From IMG/VR virus record IMGVR_UViG_3300011441_000117, positions 1 through 37,626 of that record: 37,626 bases of DNA, one strand, 5' to 3'. The notes below the pieces were generated by a model. That model worked only from the letters and a program-made list of their open reading frames with translations, ran no database searches and had not been told where the DNA came from. The position numbers were made by a program, and so were the translations under genes. This stretch comes from a virus. Taxonomy: Duplodnaviria; Caudoviricetes. Below are positions 15,563-24,677 of the stretch, one piece after another; the stretch's first letter is position 1, and each line of letters begins with the position of its first letter.

Positions 15563-18500
15563 ATGGCAAAGACCAAATACCTGGAATATGGGATCTACCT
15601 GACCGACCGCGTCGCCGTGACGGCGTTGCAGGTGACGTATCCCAATGGCATCCGGGTCGCGCCCGCGACGGCCGCGGTGACGTATGCCGCCCCGCTCCAA
15701 GAATTCCTGACACCGTTCTCGGCCCCGTGCGTGCGCTCGCCGTGGTTCTGGTCTGGAGTGGACGAGAATTACCCGCGCGATCAGGACAGCTTTACGCGGA
15801 AGATCGGCGGCTGGTTCGGCCTGCCGTTCCTGTTCGGCACCAACACCCTGCATATCTGGGTCGGGCTGTTCGAGCTGGCGCCGGAGAGCACCGGGTCTAT
15901 TGACGGCGTGCCGACCGAAGTGGTCGCGATTGCGACGCGGCGCTGGGTGGACGGCTTCGAGCTGCCGCAATTCGGGGAAGGGGGGTCGGGCACCGCGAAG
16001 CAGGCCGTCTCGAAAGACGCCTCACGGCATCCGGACGGGTTTGGGTTTGCGTTCCGGGGCGATACCGGCGCCATTACGCACGCGAGCGCGGAGTTCGGCG
16101 CCATTAGCACCGTCTCGCATTGGGATCGATTCTATGTCCGCATCAGGAAGGCGCCCACGGCGGCGGCGCGGTTGTGGATCGCACTGGGCGGCAACCAGGG
16201 CGTTGAACTGCAACTGACGGTCGGGCTGGCGCTCGCGATTTCGAATGTCGTCTCGGGGGCGTCGGTGCTCCTCACCACGACGAGTGTGGCGCTGGTGCTC
16301 AATGAGTGGACGCGCGTCGACATCGTCTTGAGTTACGCGACTGGCGCGGGCGGCGCGGGCGCCTACGTCAAGGTCTATTTCAACGGCGTGAGTGTGGGGG
16401 TCGTGTCCGCGTTCCCCGCGTTGGGGCTCGGCACGGTCGGCGGGCATGTGGACTCACGGCTCGGGAGCGCGGCGGCGGCCGATTACGAGGCCGACTTTGA
16501 TGACTGGATCGGATCGGCGGAACCGAACAAAGAGACGGCGGCGCCGTTCCGCTACGTCGGGGTGGACTGGCTGAACGGGTCCAAGGTGCAGCGGTTGCGC
16601 GCAACCGCGTTCGGCGCCGGTCACGATGCGGTCAACTGGACGAATCAGAATTACTCGCTCCTGAACCAGCTCGCCGAAGCGCCCTCGAATGGGATGGTGA
16701 GCACGACGGCGGCGGCGGCGATCGTGGTCGAGACGGACGCCGCGGCGAAGATTGACGCCCAGGCCAACGCGCTCGGCATCGTCGCGCTGGTCGTCGGGGT
16801 GTATCACAACGCGGTCGGGCTCGGCCAAGCGTCGGTCGGGTTCATGCTACCCGGCGAGCCGCTGGATCTGCTCGTGCAGGCGTCCGATAGCGGGGCGGAT
16901 TGGGATCACCATCTGTATCACCCTGGCGGCGAGACCGTGGCGCTGACACCCGTGGCCCCGCTGACGTTGCACTACTTGAAAGACAACGATGCCACGAGCG
17001 ACACGGTGTATCAACTGAACGCCTGCGCCGAAGTCCTGGGGATCTTCGGCGCGGAAGATGTCGCGCCCGGCGCCGTGGTGCCGTCGACGATTCCGCCGCG
17101 GTCCCTCGGGGCGCACAATAACCCCTACCCCGAGTCGCCGTGGGCGCGGCTGCTGACGGCGGCCGGGCCGTATGTGATTCACTCCGGCACCATCGTCGAG
17201 ACCGGTGCCGGGCAGGACATCTTCTTCCGGGTGCCGGTGCATTGGTTCTACTTCCGGCGCGTGCTCAGCACGACCGATGATCCGGTGCTGTGGATGGCGG
17301 CGAATCTCGGGGGACACACGACGTCCCTTGACGCGGCGCCGATCAACGTGCCAGTGCAGGCCCTGATCGATCCGGCCTTCGTGGGGGCGGGGGCGGAGGA
17401 CGATCAGGAGCAACGCACGATTGTGCGGATTGGCGCGGGTCTCGCGGCGGCCACGTATCAATACGTGGCGGTCTGCGACCCGGCGGGCCGGTTCCTGTTG
17501 ACCGGCGGGCTGGCGCACGGCGGGGCCGATGCGCCCAATACCGACGCGCTCCCGAATGCCGACTTTGCGCCCGAGGCGGGCTTTTTCCAGTGGGAGGATT
17601 ACGCGGGCGGGGGCGGGGTGCCAGCCGGGTATTACAAAGGCCCGGGCCATGCGGCGAATGCGACCTCCATCCTCACGGGCGCGGAGGTCGCTGAGTTCCT
17701 GTCGTGGAGTGCGGGGGCACTGGCGCCGCTCGATGCGTCGACCGTTGGCGCGCGCGTCACGGTGGGTTATGGCCTCTGGCGCCGGGACGATGGCAGCGGC
17801 GATGCCGGGATTCCCAAGGTTGTGCAGATCGGCAGCTACATCGGCGACGGCACGGCCTCCCGAACGGTGACGTTTGGGCCGACCCTCGTCCGTCCGCTCT
17901 GGGTGATGGTCGTGCCGCACAACGCCGCCGCGATCGTGCGTGACCCTGGACACCTGACGACCAAAAGTTGTCCGTGGAACGGGACGGAGAACACCGCGAC
18001 CGGCATCACCGCCGGCGGAATTGACAGCTTCAGCGTCGGGTCGGTCCTGAACGCCAACGGCATCGTCTACGACTGGTTCGTCTTACCCGGCGGCGTCACG
18101 GCCTGCAATGGCGGGTTCTCGTGCGATGGGGAATTTCTCCCGGTCGATCCGGAGACCCCCGAGGAACTCTGCGACGACCCCGAGGCCACAAACTTCGGCG
18201 AGCTGGGCGTGTGTGTGTTCGACGGGGAGGTACCGGAGACGACCTGCACCGATCCGCTGGCGACCAACTACGGCGGGCTGCTGCCCTGCGTGTATGACAC
18301 CGGCCCGCCCCCGCCCGGGGAGTGTGTCGACGGCGTCACGGAATCGACCTGTATCACCGAGACGACGAACCTCGTGAATCTCGCGCTGTTTGAAATCGGC
18401 GTCTCGGAGATGCTGACCAACTACTGCACGCAGCTCACCCGCGAGGCCGTGATCGCGCGGACGGTGTTCAATGCGACGGTGCGAACGGTGCTCCATGCCT

Positions 18501-19675
18501 ACCCGTGGCCGTTCGCGACAAAGTACGCCGTCCTCGTGTTGGCGACGAACCAGCCGACCCATGCCGATTGGACCTACGCCTATCGCGTGCCGGAGGACTG
18601 TGTCTTCCCGCGCCGGCTGGTCGTGTCGCGAGGGACCGCGAAAGATCCGGAGCCCCCGGCCTTCATGTTGTCGAGCGAAGCGGGTGGCGGGCTGTTGTTC
18701 ACCAATCAAGCGTCTGCGGTCCTCGAATACACCTGTCGGCCGACGTGTGTCGCGGTTCTTGGGGATGCGCTGTTTATCGAAACGCTGAAGTGGAAACTCG
18801 GTGCGGTGCTGGCGCCACCGTTGACCCGGATGGACGCACCCGCGGCGCGCTGCCAGGCCGAGTATGTGAAATGCCTCGAGCTGGCGAACGCGATCAAGAA
18901 GCCGGGCGTGCCGGGCGTGCGGACGGCGCTGCCGTTAGTTGGTGATGAGTCCGCGGCCTGCAGTGCGGCCAATGTGCAAGTCGTGAATCGCGGACTCTTG
19001 CGGATCGGCTGTCCCACGATCGCCAATCTCTCGACCGATCAAAGCCCGCCCGCCGTGCTGGCGAATCTGATCCTCGAAGACGAGATCCGCGCGACGCTCC
19101 GCGATTACCCGTGGAAGTTCGCCAAACGGTACAACGCGGCCTTGACGGTTGTCGCTGGCACGTCCACCGTGGCGGCCAATCCCGACTGGCAATACACCTA
19201 CCGGCTGCCGACCGATTACGTGATGGTCCGCCGGTTGGTCGCGGAGGGCACCGGCCGAAAGTTTGAAGACAGCCCGCCGCCGTGGGAAGTCGGCACCGAT
19301 GTCACGGGCGATCTGCTGATGACCGCCGTGGTCGATCCGAACCTCGAATACACGGCCCGCATTCCCTGCGTCGTGGAGAAGGGTGACGACCTCTTCCGCG
19401 ATGCGCTGGCCTGGCGCATTGCCGCCGCCTTGGCGCCGTCGCTGGCGCAAGTCGATCCGGCGCAGCCGGAACAGGTCGGCCGCGGGCCGGATGCCCCGCC
19501 GGACCCACGACAGCGCATCAGCCACAAGCCGAACCAGGCGCAGATGCGCGCGCAGGCGACGCAGTTCGCGCACGCGATGTATCGCACCGTGCTCCGGCGC
19601 GCGCAGATTCAGGACGCCAACGAGGCCGAACCGGAAGATCCGCCCGACGCCGAATGGATTCGCGCTCGGGGGTAA
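15563..19675 (+). CDS. Giant tail adaptor (tail tubular protein A-like): ~900-aa beta-rich appendage, Cys-rich linker repeats, two tandem adaptor domains
   Basis: Two copies of the N.AL..IG...L..YPW.FA...DW.Y.YR.P.D...RRL...LEYT.R...D.LF...L.W..A..LAP motif set (~18362-18900 and ~18971-19675). Lies immediately before the nozzle gene. Confidence 0.85.
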   Translation: MAKTKYLEYGIYLTDRVAVTALQVTYPNGIRVAPATAAVTYAAPLQEFLTPFSAPCVRSPWFWSGVDENYPRDQDSFTRKIGGWFGLPFLFGTNTLHIWVGLFELAPESTGSIDGVPTEVVAIATRRWVDGFELPQFGEGGSGTAKQAVSKDASRHPDGFGFAFRGDTGAITHASAEFGAISTVSHWDRFYVRIRKAPTAAARLWIALGGNQGVELQLTVGLALAISNVVSGASVLLTTTSVALVLNEWTRVDIVLSYATGAGGAGAYVKVYFNGVSVGVVSAFPALGLGTVGGHVDSRLGSAAAADYEADFDDWIGSAEPNKETAAPFRYVGVDWLNGSKVQRLRATAFGAGHDAVNWTNQNYSLLNQLAEAPSNGMVSTTAAAAIVVETDAAAKIDAQANALGIVALVVGVYHNAVGLGQASVGFMLPGEPLDLLVQASDSGADWDHHLYHPGGETVALTPVAPLTLHYLKDNDATSDTVYQLNACAEVLGIFGAEDVAPGAVVPSTIPPRSLGAHNNPYPESPWARLLTAAGPYVIHSGTIVETGAGQDIFFRVPVHWFYFRRVLSTTDDPVLWMAANLGGHTTSLDAAPINVPVQALIDPAFVGAGAEDDQEQRTIVRIGAGLAAATYQYVAVCDPAGRFLLTGGLAHGGADAPNTDALPNADFAPEAGFFQWEDYAGGGGVPAGYYKGPGHAANATSILTGAEVAEFLSWSAGALAPLDASTVGARVTVGYGLWRRDDGSGDAGIPKVVQIGSYIGDGTASRTVTFGPTLVRPLWVMVVPHNAAAIVRDPGHLTTKSCPWNGTENTATGITAGGIDSFSVGSVLNANGIVYDWFVLPGGVTACNGGFSCDGEFLPVDPETPEELCDDPEATNFGELGVCVFDGEVPETTCTDPLATNYGGLLPCVYDTGPPPPGECVDGVTESTCITETTNLVNLALFEIGVSEMLTNYCTQLTREAVIARTVFNATVRTVLHAYPWPFATKYAVLVLATNQPTHADWTYAYRVPEDCVFPRRLVVSRGTAKDPEPPAFMLSSEAGGGLLFTNQASAVLEYTCRPTCVAVLGDALFIETLKWKLGAVLAPPLTRMDAPAARCQAEYVKCLELANAIKKPGVPGVRTALPLVGDESAACSAANVQVVNRGLLRIGCPTIANLSTDQSPPAVLANLILEDEIRATLRDYPWKFAKRYNAALTVVAGTSTVAANPDWQYTYRLPTDYVMVRRLVAEGTGRKFEDSPPPWEVGTDVTGDLLMTAVVDPNLEYTARIPCVVEKGDDLFRDALAWRIAAALAPSLAQVDPAQPEQVGRGPDAPPDPRQRISHKPNQAQMRAQATQFAHAMYRTVLRRAQIQDANEAEPEDPPDAEWIRARG

Positions 19676-19678
19676 GCC

Positions 19679-21871
19679 ATGCCCGAGAGCGTCATTCAGC
19701 GATCGATGTCGGCCGGCGAGCTTGCCCCGGTCCTGCACGCGCGGGCCGATCACGAAAAATACACATCAGGGTTGAAGACGTGCCGCAACTTCATGGTGCT
19801 CCGACATGGCGCGGTCGCCAATCGTCCCGGTTTCCGCTTTGTTGCCGAGTGCAAGACGACAAGCGCGAACGTGCGACTCCTGCGTTACGTCTCCGAGAAC
19901 CCGAACGAGAGCATCCTGATCGAAGCGGGCGTCAACTACTTCCGGTTCTACTTGAACGGCGCGCTGGTGAGTCTCGCGGGCGCGGCCACGGCCTGGAGCG
20001 GCGCGACGGCGTATGTCGAAGGCGATCTGGTCTCACGGCTCGGCGTCAATTACTACTGTGTTCTGGCCCACACGAATCAGCAACCGCCAAACGCGACCTA
20101 TTGGCATCCGCTGACCGGGTTGATCTACGAGATCCCCTCGCCCTATACGACCGGCGGATTGTTCAATTGGGTGCAGAGCGGCAACGTGATCACGCTCACG
20201 CACCGCTTACACGACCCGCGCGAATTGATTTACTTCGGGCTGACGAACTGGGTGCTCCGGCTGGCGACCACGGAGCCGGCCCAACCGGCGCCGCTGAACG
20301 TGGCGGCCACGGCCGGCGCCGCGGGCGCGCGCACCTACACCTACCTCGTGACGGCGGCGGCAGCGGAGACCTACGAGGAATCGCTCCCGAGCACGGCCTT
20401 TGTGCTGGCGTCCACCGCGGCGCCGACGCCGGATCTGCCGAACGTCGTGACTTGGGATGCGGTGATCGCGCCCGTGGACGAACCCGCTGAATGGTACGTC
20501 TACCTCGACCCCTACGGGAACGGGACGTTTGGATTCATCGGCACGGCGAGTGATGAGACCTTCAACGATGTCGGGTTCGTGCCGGATTTCGCGATTACGT
20601 CCCCGCTGCCGCGGACCCCGTTCGTGAGCGCGGAGACGCGCCCGCATGTCGCGACCTACTACCAGCAACGCCGGTTCTTCGCGGGCAGCACGGCAACGCC
20701 GGAGACGATTGAAGGGTCGCGGACGGGCTTCCCCAACAACTTCGGCATCAGTTCCCCGTTGCAGGATGACGACGCGCTCTCGTTCCGTATCTCGGGCGAT
20801 CAGCATCATCCGGTGCGGCACATGCTGGGGCTGAAGACGCTGCTCGTGTTGACCGACGGCGGCGGGTGGACGGTGGGCCAACCGAAGATCGCGCTCACGC
20901 CCTCAAACCTGCCGGCGGATCAGGAGACCTACGTCGGCGCGGCGCCGGATGTTCGGCCCGTCGTGATCGGGAACTCGGTCATTTACCTGCAGTCGCGCGG
21001 CAGCATCATCCGTGATCTGCGCTTCGAGATTGAGGTTGAAGGCTTGGCCGGGCGCGACCTCACGGTATTCGCCGCGCACCTGTTCGATGGGCATGAGATC
21101 GACCGGATGGACTACCAGCAAACGCCCCACTCGGTCGTGTGGGCCATTCGCGATGACGGCGTACTGCTCGGGCTCACCTACCTGCGTGAACAGGACATCT
21201 GGGGCTGGCACCGCCACGACACCGACGGGTTCTTCGAGCAAATCTGCGTCGTGCCGGAAGGGTCTGAAGATGCCGTCTACGTGATCGTGATGCGGACGAT
21301 CGGCGGGTCGAACAAGCGGTATATCGAACGGCTGGCGACCCGCGAGATTACGAGCTTCGATGTCGATAGCTTCTTCGTCGATAGCGGGCTGAGTTACAGC
21401 GGCGCTCCGGCGTCGAGCTTCGGCGGGCTCACCCATCTCGAAGGGGAAAGCGTCGTCGGGTTGGCGGACGGGGAGCCTGTCGGGCCGTTCACGGTCGCGG
21501 GCGGATCGGTGTCGCTGGGTGCCGCCGCAAGCAATGTGCATATCGGCCTGCCGATTCCCTCCGCGGACTTTGAAACGCTCAACCTCGATGTCGGGGGCAG
21601 CGCGATCCGGGACAAGAAGAAGCGCGTCGGTAGTCTCACCGTGATCGTCGACAAGTCGAGCCGCGTGTTTTTGGCGGGGCCGGATACGACGCATCTAACG
21701 CGCTACGAACTGAGTCAACTCTCAGGCGCGGCGGTGGACGAGCACACCGGCCATGTCGAGATGACGCTGAGTGCCACCTGGAATGAGCACGGCAGGGTAT
21801 TTATTCGGCAAGACAAACCTTTGCCCCTCACGGTGCTCGGCGTGCTTCCGAATCTAGTAATCGGCGGATAG
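19679..21871 (+). CDS. Tail tubular protein B / nozzle (T7 gp12, BPP-1 type)
   Basis: QRSMSAGELAP.L.AR.D..KY..GL..CRNF....G...RPG, YYQQRRFFAG, SRTG...NF, DLTVFAAHLF, GWHRHDTDG, FFVDSG, Q.KPLPLTVL. Confidence 0.92.
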   Translation: MPESVIQRSMSAGELAPVLHARADHEKYTSGLKTCRNFMVLRHGAVANRPGFRFVAECKTTSANVRLLRYVSENPNESILIEAGVNYFRFYLNGALVSLAGAATAWSGATAYVEGDLVSRLGVNYYCVLAHTNQQPPNATYWHPLTGLIYEIPSPYTTGGLFNWVQSGNVITLTHRLHDPRELIYFGLTNWVLRLATTEPAQPAPLNVAATAGAAGARTYTYLVTAAAAETYEESLPSTAFVLASTAAPTPDLPNVVTWDAVIAPVDEPAEWYVYLDPYGNGTFGFIGTASDETFNDVGFVPDFAITSPLPRTPFVSAETRPHVATYYQQRRFFAGSTATPETIEGSRTGFPNNFGISSPLQDDDALSFRISGDQHHPVRHMLGLKTLLVLTDGGGWTVGQPKIALTPSNLPADQETYVGAAPDVRPVVIGNSVIYLQSRGSIIRDLRFEIEVEGLAGRDLTVFAAHLFDGHEIDRMDYQQTPHSVVWAIRDDGVLLGLTYLREQDIWGWHRHDTDGFFEQICVVPEGSEDAVYVIVMRTIGGSNKRYIERLATREITSFDVDSFFVDSGLSYSGAPASSFGGLTHLEGESVVGLADGEPVGPFTVAGGSVSLGAAASNVHIGLPIPSADFETLNLDVGGSAIRDKKKRVGSLTVIVDKSSRVFLAGPDTTHLTRYELSQLSGAAVDEHTGHVEMTLSATWNEHGRVFIRQDKPLPLTVLGVLPNLVIGG

Positions 21872-21878
21872 GAGCGCA

Positions 21879-22382
21879 ATGAGCCGACCGCATCACATGA
21901 CGCCGGGCAGCATCAATCGCGGGACGTTGCGCGATCGGTTTTATGCGCGCGCCACTGTGCGGGACGGCTGTTGGGGCTGGCGTGGACACGTTGGCGTGAA
22001 GGGCTACACAACGATGCAAGTCGGAGGGCGTCCTCTTCGCGGACATCGTGTGTCATGGGAGGTTCATCACGGCCCCATTCCTGACGGGCTGAACGTGCTG
22101 CATCGGTGCGACAACCCGGCATGTGTGAACCCGGATCATCTGTTTCTCGGTACGCACGCCGACAACGTGCACGACATGGTCAACAAGGGCCGACTCGTGG
22201 TCTCGCGTGGCGAAGACTCAGGTGGCGCAAAACTCACCGCCGCTGACGTGTTAGCCATTCGTGCTCACAGTGGGCATCGGGGGCACGGCGTTGCCCTCGC
22301 GCGCCGGTATGGTGTCAGCCCTGCATTGATCTCGATGGTTCGATCGGGTCGGATTTGGACTCACGTACAGGGGGCGGCCTAA
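21879..22382 (+). CDS. HNH homing-type endonuclease with C-terminal HTH
   Basis: GCWGW.G....GY...HRVSWEVHHGPIPDGLNVLHRCDNPACVNPDHLFLGTHADNVHDM..KGR, then KLT..DV..IR...LARRYGVS...IS. Confidence 0.95.
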   Translation: MSRPHHMTPGSINRGTLRDRFYARATVRDGCWGWRGHVGVKGYTTMQVGGRPLRGHRVSWEVHHGPIPDGLNVLHRCDNPACVNPDHLFLGTHADNVHDMVNKGRLVVSRGEDSGGAKLTAADVLAIRAHSGHRGHGVALARRYGVSPALISMVRSGRIWTHVQGAA

Positions 22383-22940
22383 ATGGCGGCCTTCACCGCG
22401 ACCATGCTCGCGTTAGCGGTGGGAGGGGCGGCGCTGAACGCGGTCGGCTCGATCAAGGCGGGCAATGCCGCGAAGCGCGCCGGGCAGGCCCAGCAGGACG
22501 CAGCCAACGACGCCGGGGATCTCGCCGATTACAACGCGCAAGTGGCCGACCTCCAGGCCCAAGACGCGATCGCCCGCGGGGCCGATGAGGAGCACCGTTT
22601 CCGCACGCGCGTACGTGGGGCCATCGGAGCACAGCGGGCCGGGTTCGCGGCCAGCAATATCGACGTGGGCTACGGCTCGGCGGTGGATGTGCAGGCGGAT
22701 GCCGCGTATCTGGGCGAGCTCGACGCGCTGACCATCAAAACCAACGCCGCGCGTGAAGCGTGGGGGTACGAAGTGCAGGGCGAGGATCTGCGCCGTCGCG
22801 GCCAGATCGCCCGCAAGGAAGGCAAATACGCCCTCGAATCAGGCAAGGCGTATCAAACGGCGTCACGCTATCAGGCCGCGGGCTCGATCCTCGGGACCGG
22901 CGCCTCACTCCTTGAAGCGCGCTACGGGGGGAGGAAGTAA
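22383..22940 (+). CDS. Internal virion (ejection) protein, gp14-like
   Basis: Hydrophobic N-terminus, Ala/Gln coiled coil, G.QRA.FAASN.DV..GSA.DV..D motif. First of three ejection genes. Confidence 0.85.
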   Translation: MAAFTATMLALAVGGAALNAVGSIKAGNAAKRAGQAQQDAANDAGDLADYNAQVADLQAQDAIARGADEEHRFRTRVRGAIGAQRAGFAASNIDVGYGSAVDVQADAAYLGELDALTIKTNAAREAWGYEVQGEDLRRRGQIARKEGKYALESGKAYQTASRYQAAGSILGTGASLLEARYGGRK

Positions 22941-22943
22941 CCC

Positions 22944-24677
22944 ATGCCCGTGGTCCGCTCCCAGCGTGAAGTCAGCCAGGCGCCGATTCCCGGCGTGCGG
23001 AAGACGGCTGCGGAAACGGCGCTCTCCAGCGGGGCGGGACTGGCGCACGCGCAGGCGAACACGGCCGAGACGATCGCCAGCGTCGGCGGACTGGTCGCGC
23101 GGATCGGCGCGTCGAAGTATGCCCAGATCCAACAGGAGGAGCGCGACAAGGCCGATCAGATTGCGGCCCTCGCGATGGACAACGCCTTCGCCAAATGGGA
23201 AGCGTCGGCGCTCTACGATCCCCAGAATGGCGCGCTGACCAAGCAGGGCAAGGACGCGCTCCCGCTGCCGGAACAGACCGCCGAGGCGTTCACGAAAATC
23301 TCGGGCGAGATTGAAGCGACCGCGAGCACTGATCGCCAGCGCGCCCATTTCCAGACGATCAAGCTGCGGCGCCAGCAGGGGCTCGACCTCACGATCCGCC
23401 GGCACGTCTTCGGGGAGATGCAAGCCTACGGACGCGAAGAACTCGCGGGCACGCTGGAGAACGCCCGCAACGAAGCCGGCGCGGCGGCGCTCGACCCCGA
23501 ACAAAGCGCGGCCGCGATCGACCGTGGCGTGTCGGCGCTCAACGTGATGGCGCCGAAGCTCGGGCTCGGCCCGGAGGCACTCCAAAAGCAACGGCTCGCG
23601 TTTACGTCTGGCGCCCATAGCGACATCATCGAGCGGCTGCTCGCCAACAACAAGGATAGGGCGGCGCGGGTCTACTTCGAGGAACTCCCGAAGGGGCAAC
23701 TGACGAGCGACGCGCAGGCCCGCGTCGAGAAGGCGATCGAGGTCGGCTCGCTCCGGGGCGAGTCTCAGCGCCAGGCGGATGTCATTCTCGCCGCCGGCGG
23801 CACCTTGACCGAACAACGCGCCAAGGTGAAAGGCATCACCGATCCGGAACTGCGGGACGCGGTGCAGCAGCGCATCGAGCATGAAGCGGTCATCCGCGAT
23901 CGCGAGGAGCGCGAGGCCGAACAATCGACGATGCGGAGCGCCTACGACATCCTCGACAAAACGGCCAACGTGAACCGCATTCCGCCGGCGACGTGGTCGC
24001 AGTTCGACGGCGGCACCCGCTCCGCGATGCGCTCGTATGCCGAACACAAGGCCAAGGGCACGCCGGTGCAGACCGACCTGCCGACGTATTACGGACTTGT
24101 CCAGAAAGCGATGGACAGCCCGGAGGCGTTCGCGACGACGAACCTGTTGAAGTACCGCGCCCAGCTCGATGAAGTCGAGTTCAAGCAACTCGCGGGCCTG
24201 CAGCTGAACATCGTCAACGGCAACAAGAACGCGGCCGAGAAGGATCTCGGCGGGTTGCGGACCAACCTGCAAATCATCAACGACTCGCTCGTGCAATACG
24301 GCATCACGCCGGACGGGGCGAAGCAGACCAAGGAAGAAGCCGACGCCGTCGCGACCTTGCGGCGGATGCTCGACACGGCCGTCGAAGTCGAGAGCCAACG
24401 CACTGGCAAGAAACCCGACAACATCTTCATCCAGCGCGAGGCCGATCGGATCTTGTCGCAATCGGTGACGACGCCGGGCTCGTGGTGGAACATCTGGCCG
24501 GGCGGCAAGTCGGTCAGCGACGTCACAACGCGGTTAATCGATACCAAGGCCGCGGACATTCCGCCGACCGAGCGCCAGCAGGTCGAGGCCGCGCTCCGCG
24601 CCCGTCAGCAGCCGGTGAGTGATGCGACCGTGCTCGACCTCTGGCTCCGGACGAAGACGCGCACGGGGGGCCAGTAG
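22944..24677 (+). CDS. Internal virion (ejection) protein, gp15-like
   Basis: MP.V start, all-helical, LYDPQNGAL...GKDA motif. Second ejection-gene position. Confidence 0.8.
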   Translation: MPVVRSQREVSQAPIPGVRKTAAETALSSGAGLAHAQANTAETIASVGGLVARIGASKYAQIQQEERDKADQIAALAMDNAFAKWEASALYDPQNGALTKQGKDALPLPEQTAEAFTKISGEIEATASTDRQRAHFQTIKLRRQQGLDLTIRRHVFGEMQAYGREELAGTLENARNEAGAAALDPEQSAAAIDRGVSALNVMAPKLGLGPEALQKQRLAFTSGAHSDIIERLLANNKDRAARVYFEELPKGQLTSDAQARVEKAIEVGSLRGESQRQADVILAAGGTLTEQRAKVKGITDPELRDAVQQRIEHEAVIRDREEREAEQSTMRSAYDILDKTANVNRIPPATWSQFDGGTRSAMRSYAEHKAKGTPVQTDLPTYYGLVQKAMDSPEAFATTNLLKYRAQLDEVEFKQLAGLQLNIVNGNKNAAEKDLGGLRTNLQIINDSLVQYGITPDGAKQTKEEADAVATLRRMLDTAVEVESQRTGKKPDNIFIQREADRILSQSVTTPGSWWNIWPGGKSVSDVTTRLIDTKAADIPPTERQQVEAALRARQQPVSDATVLDLWLRTKTRTGGQ

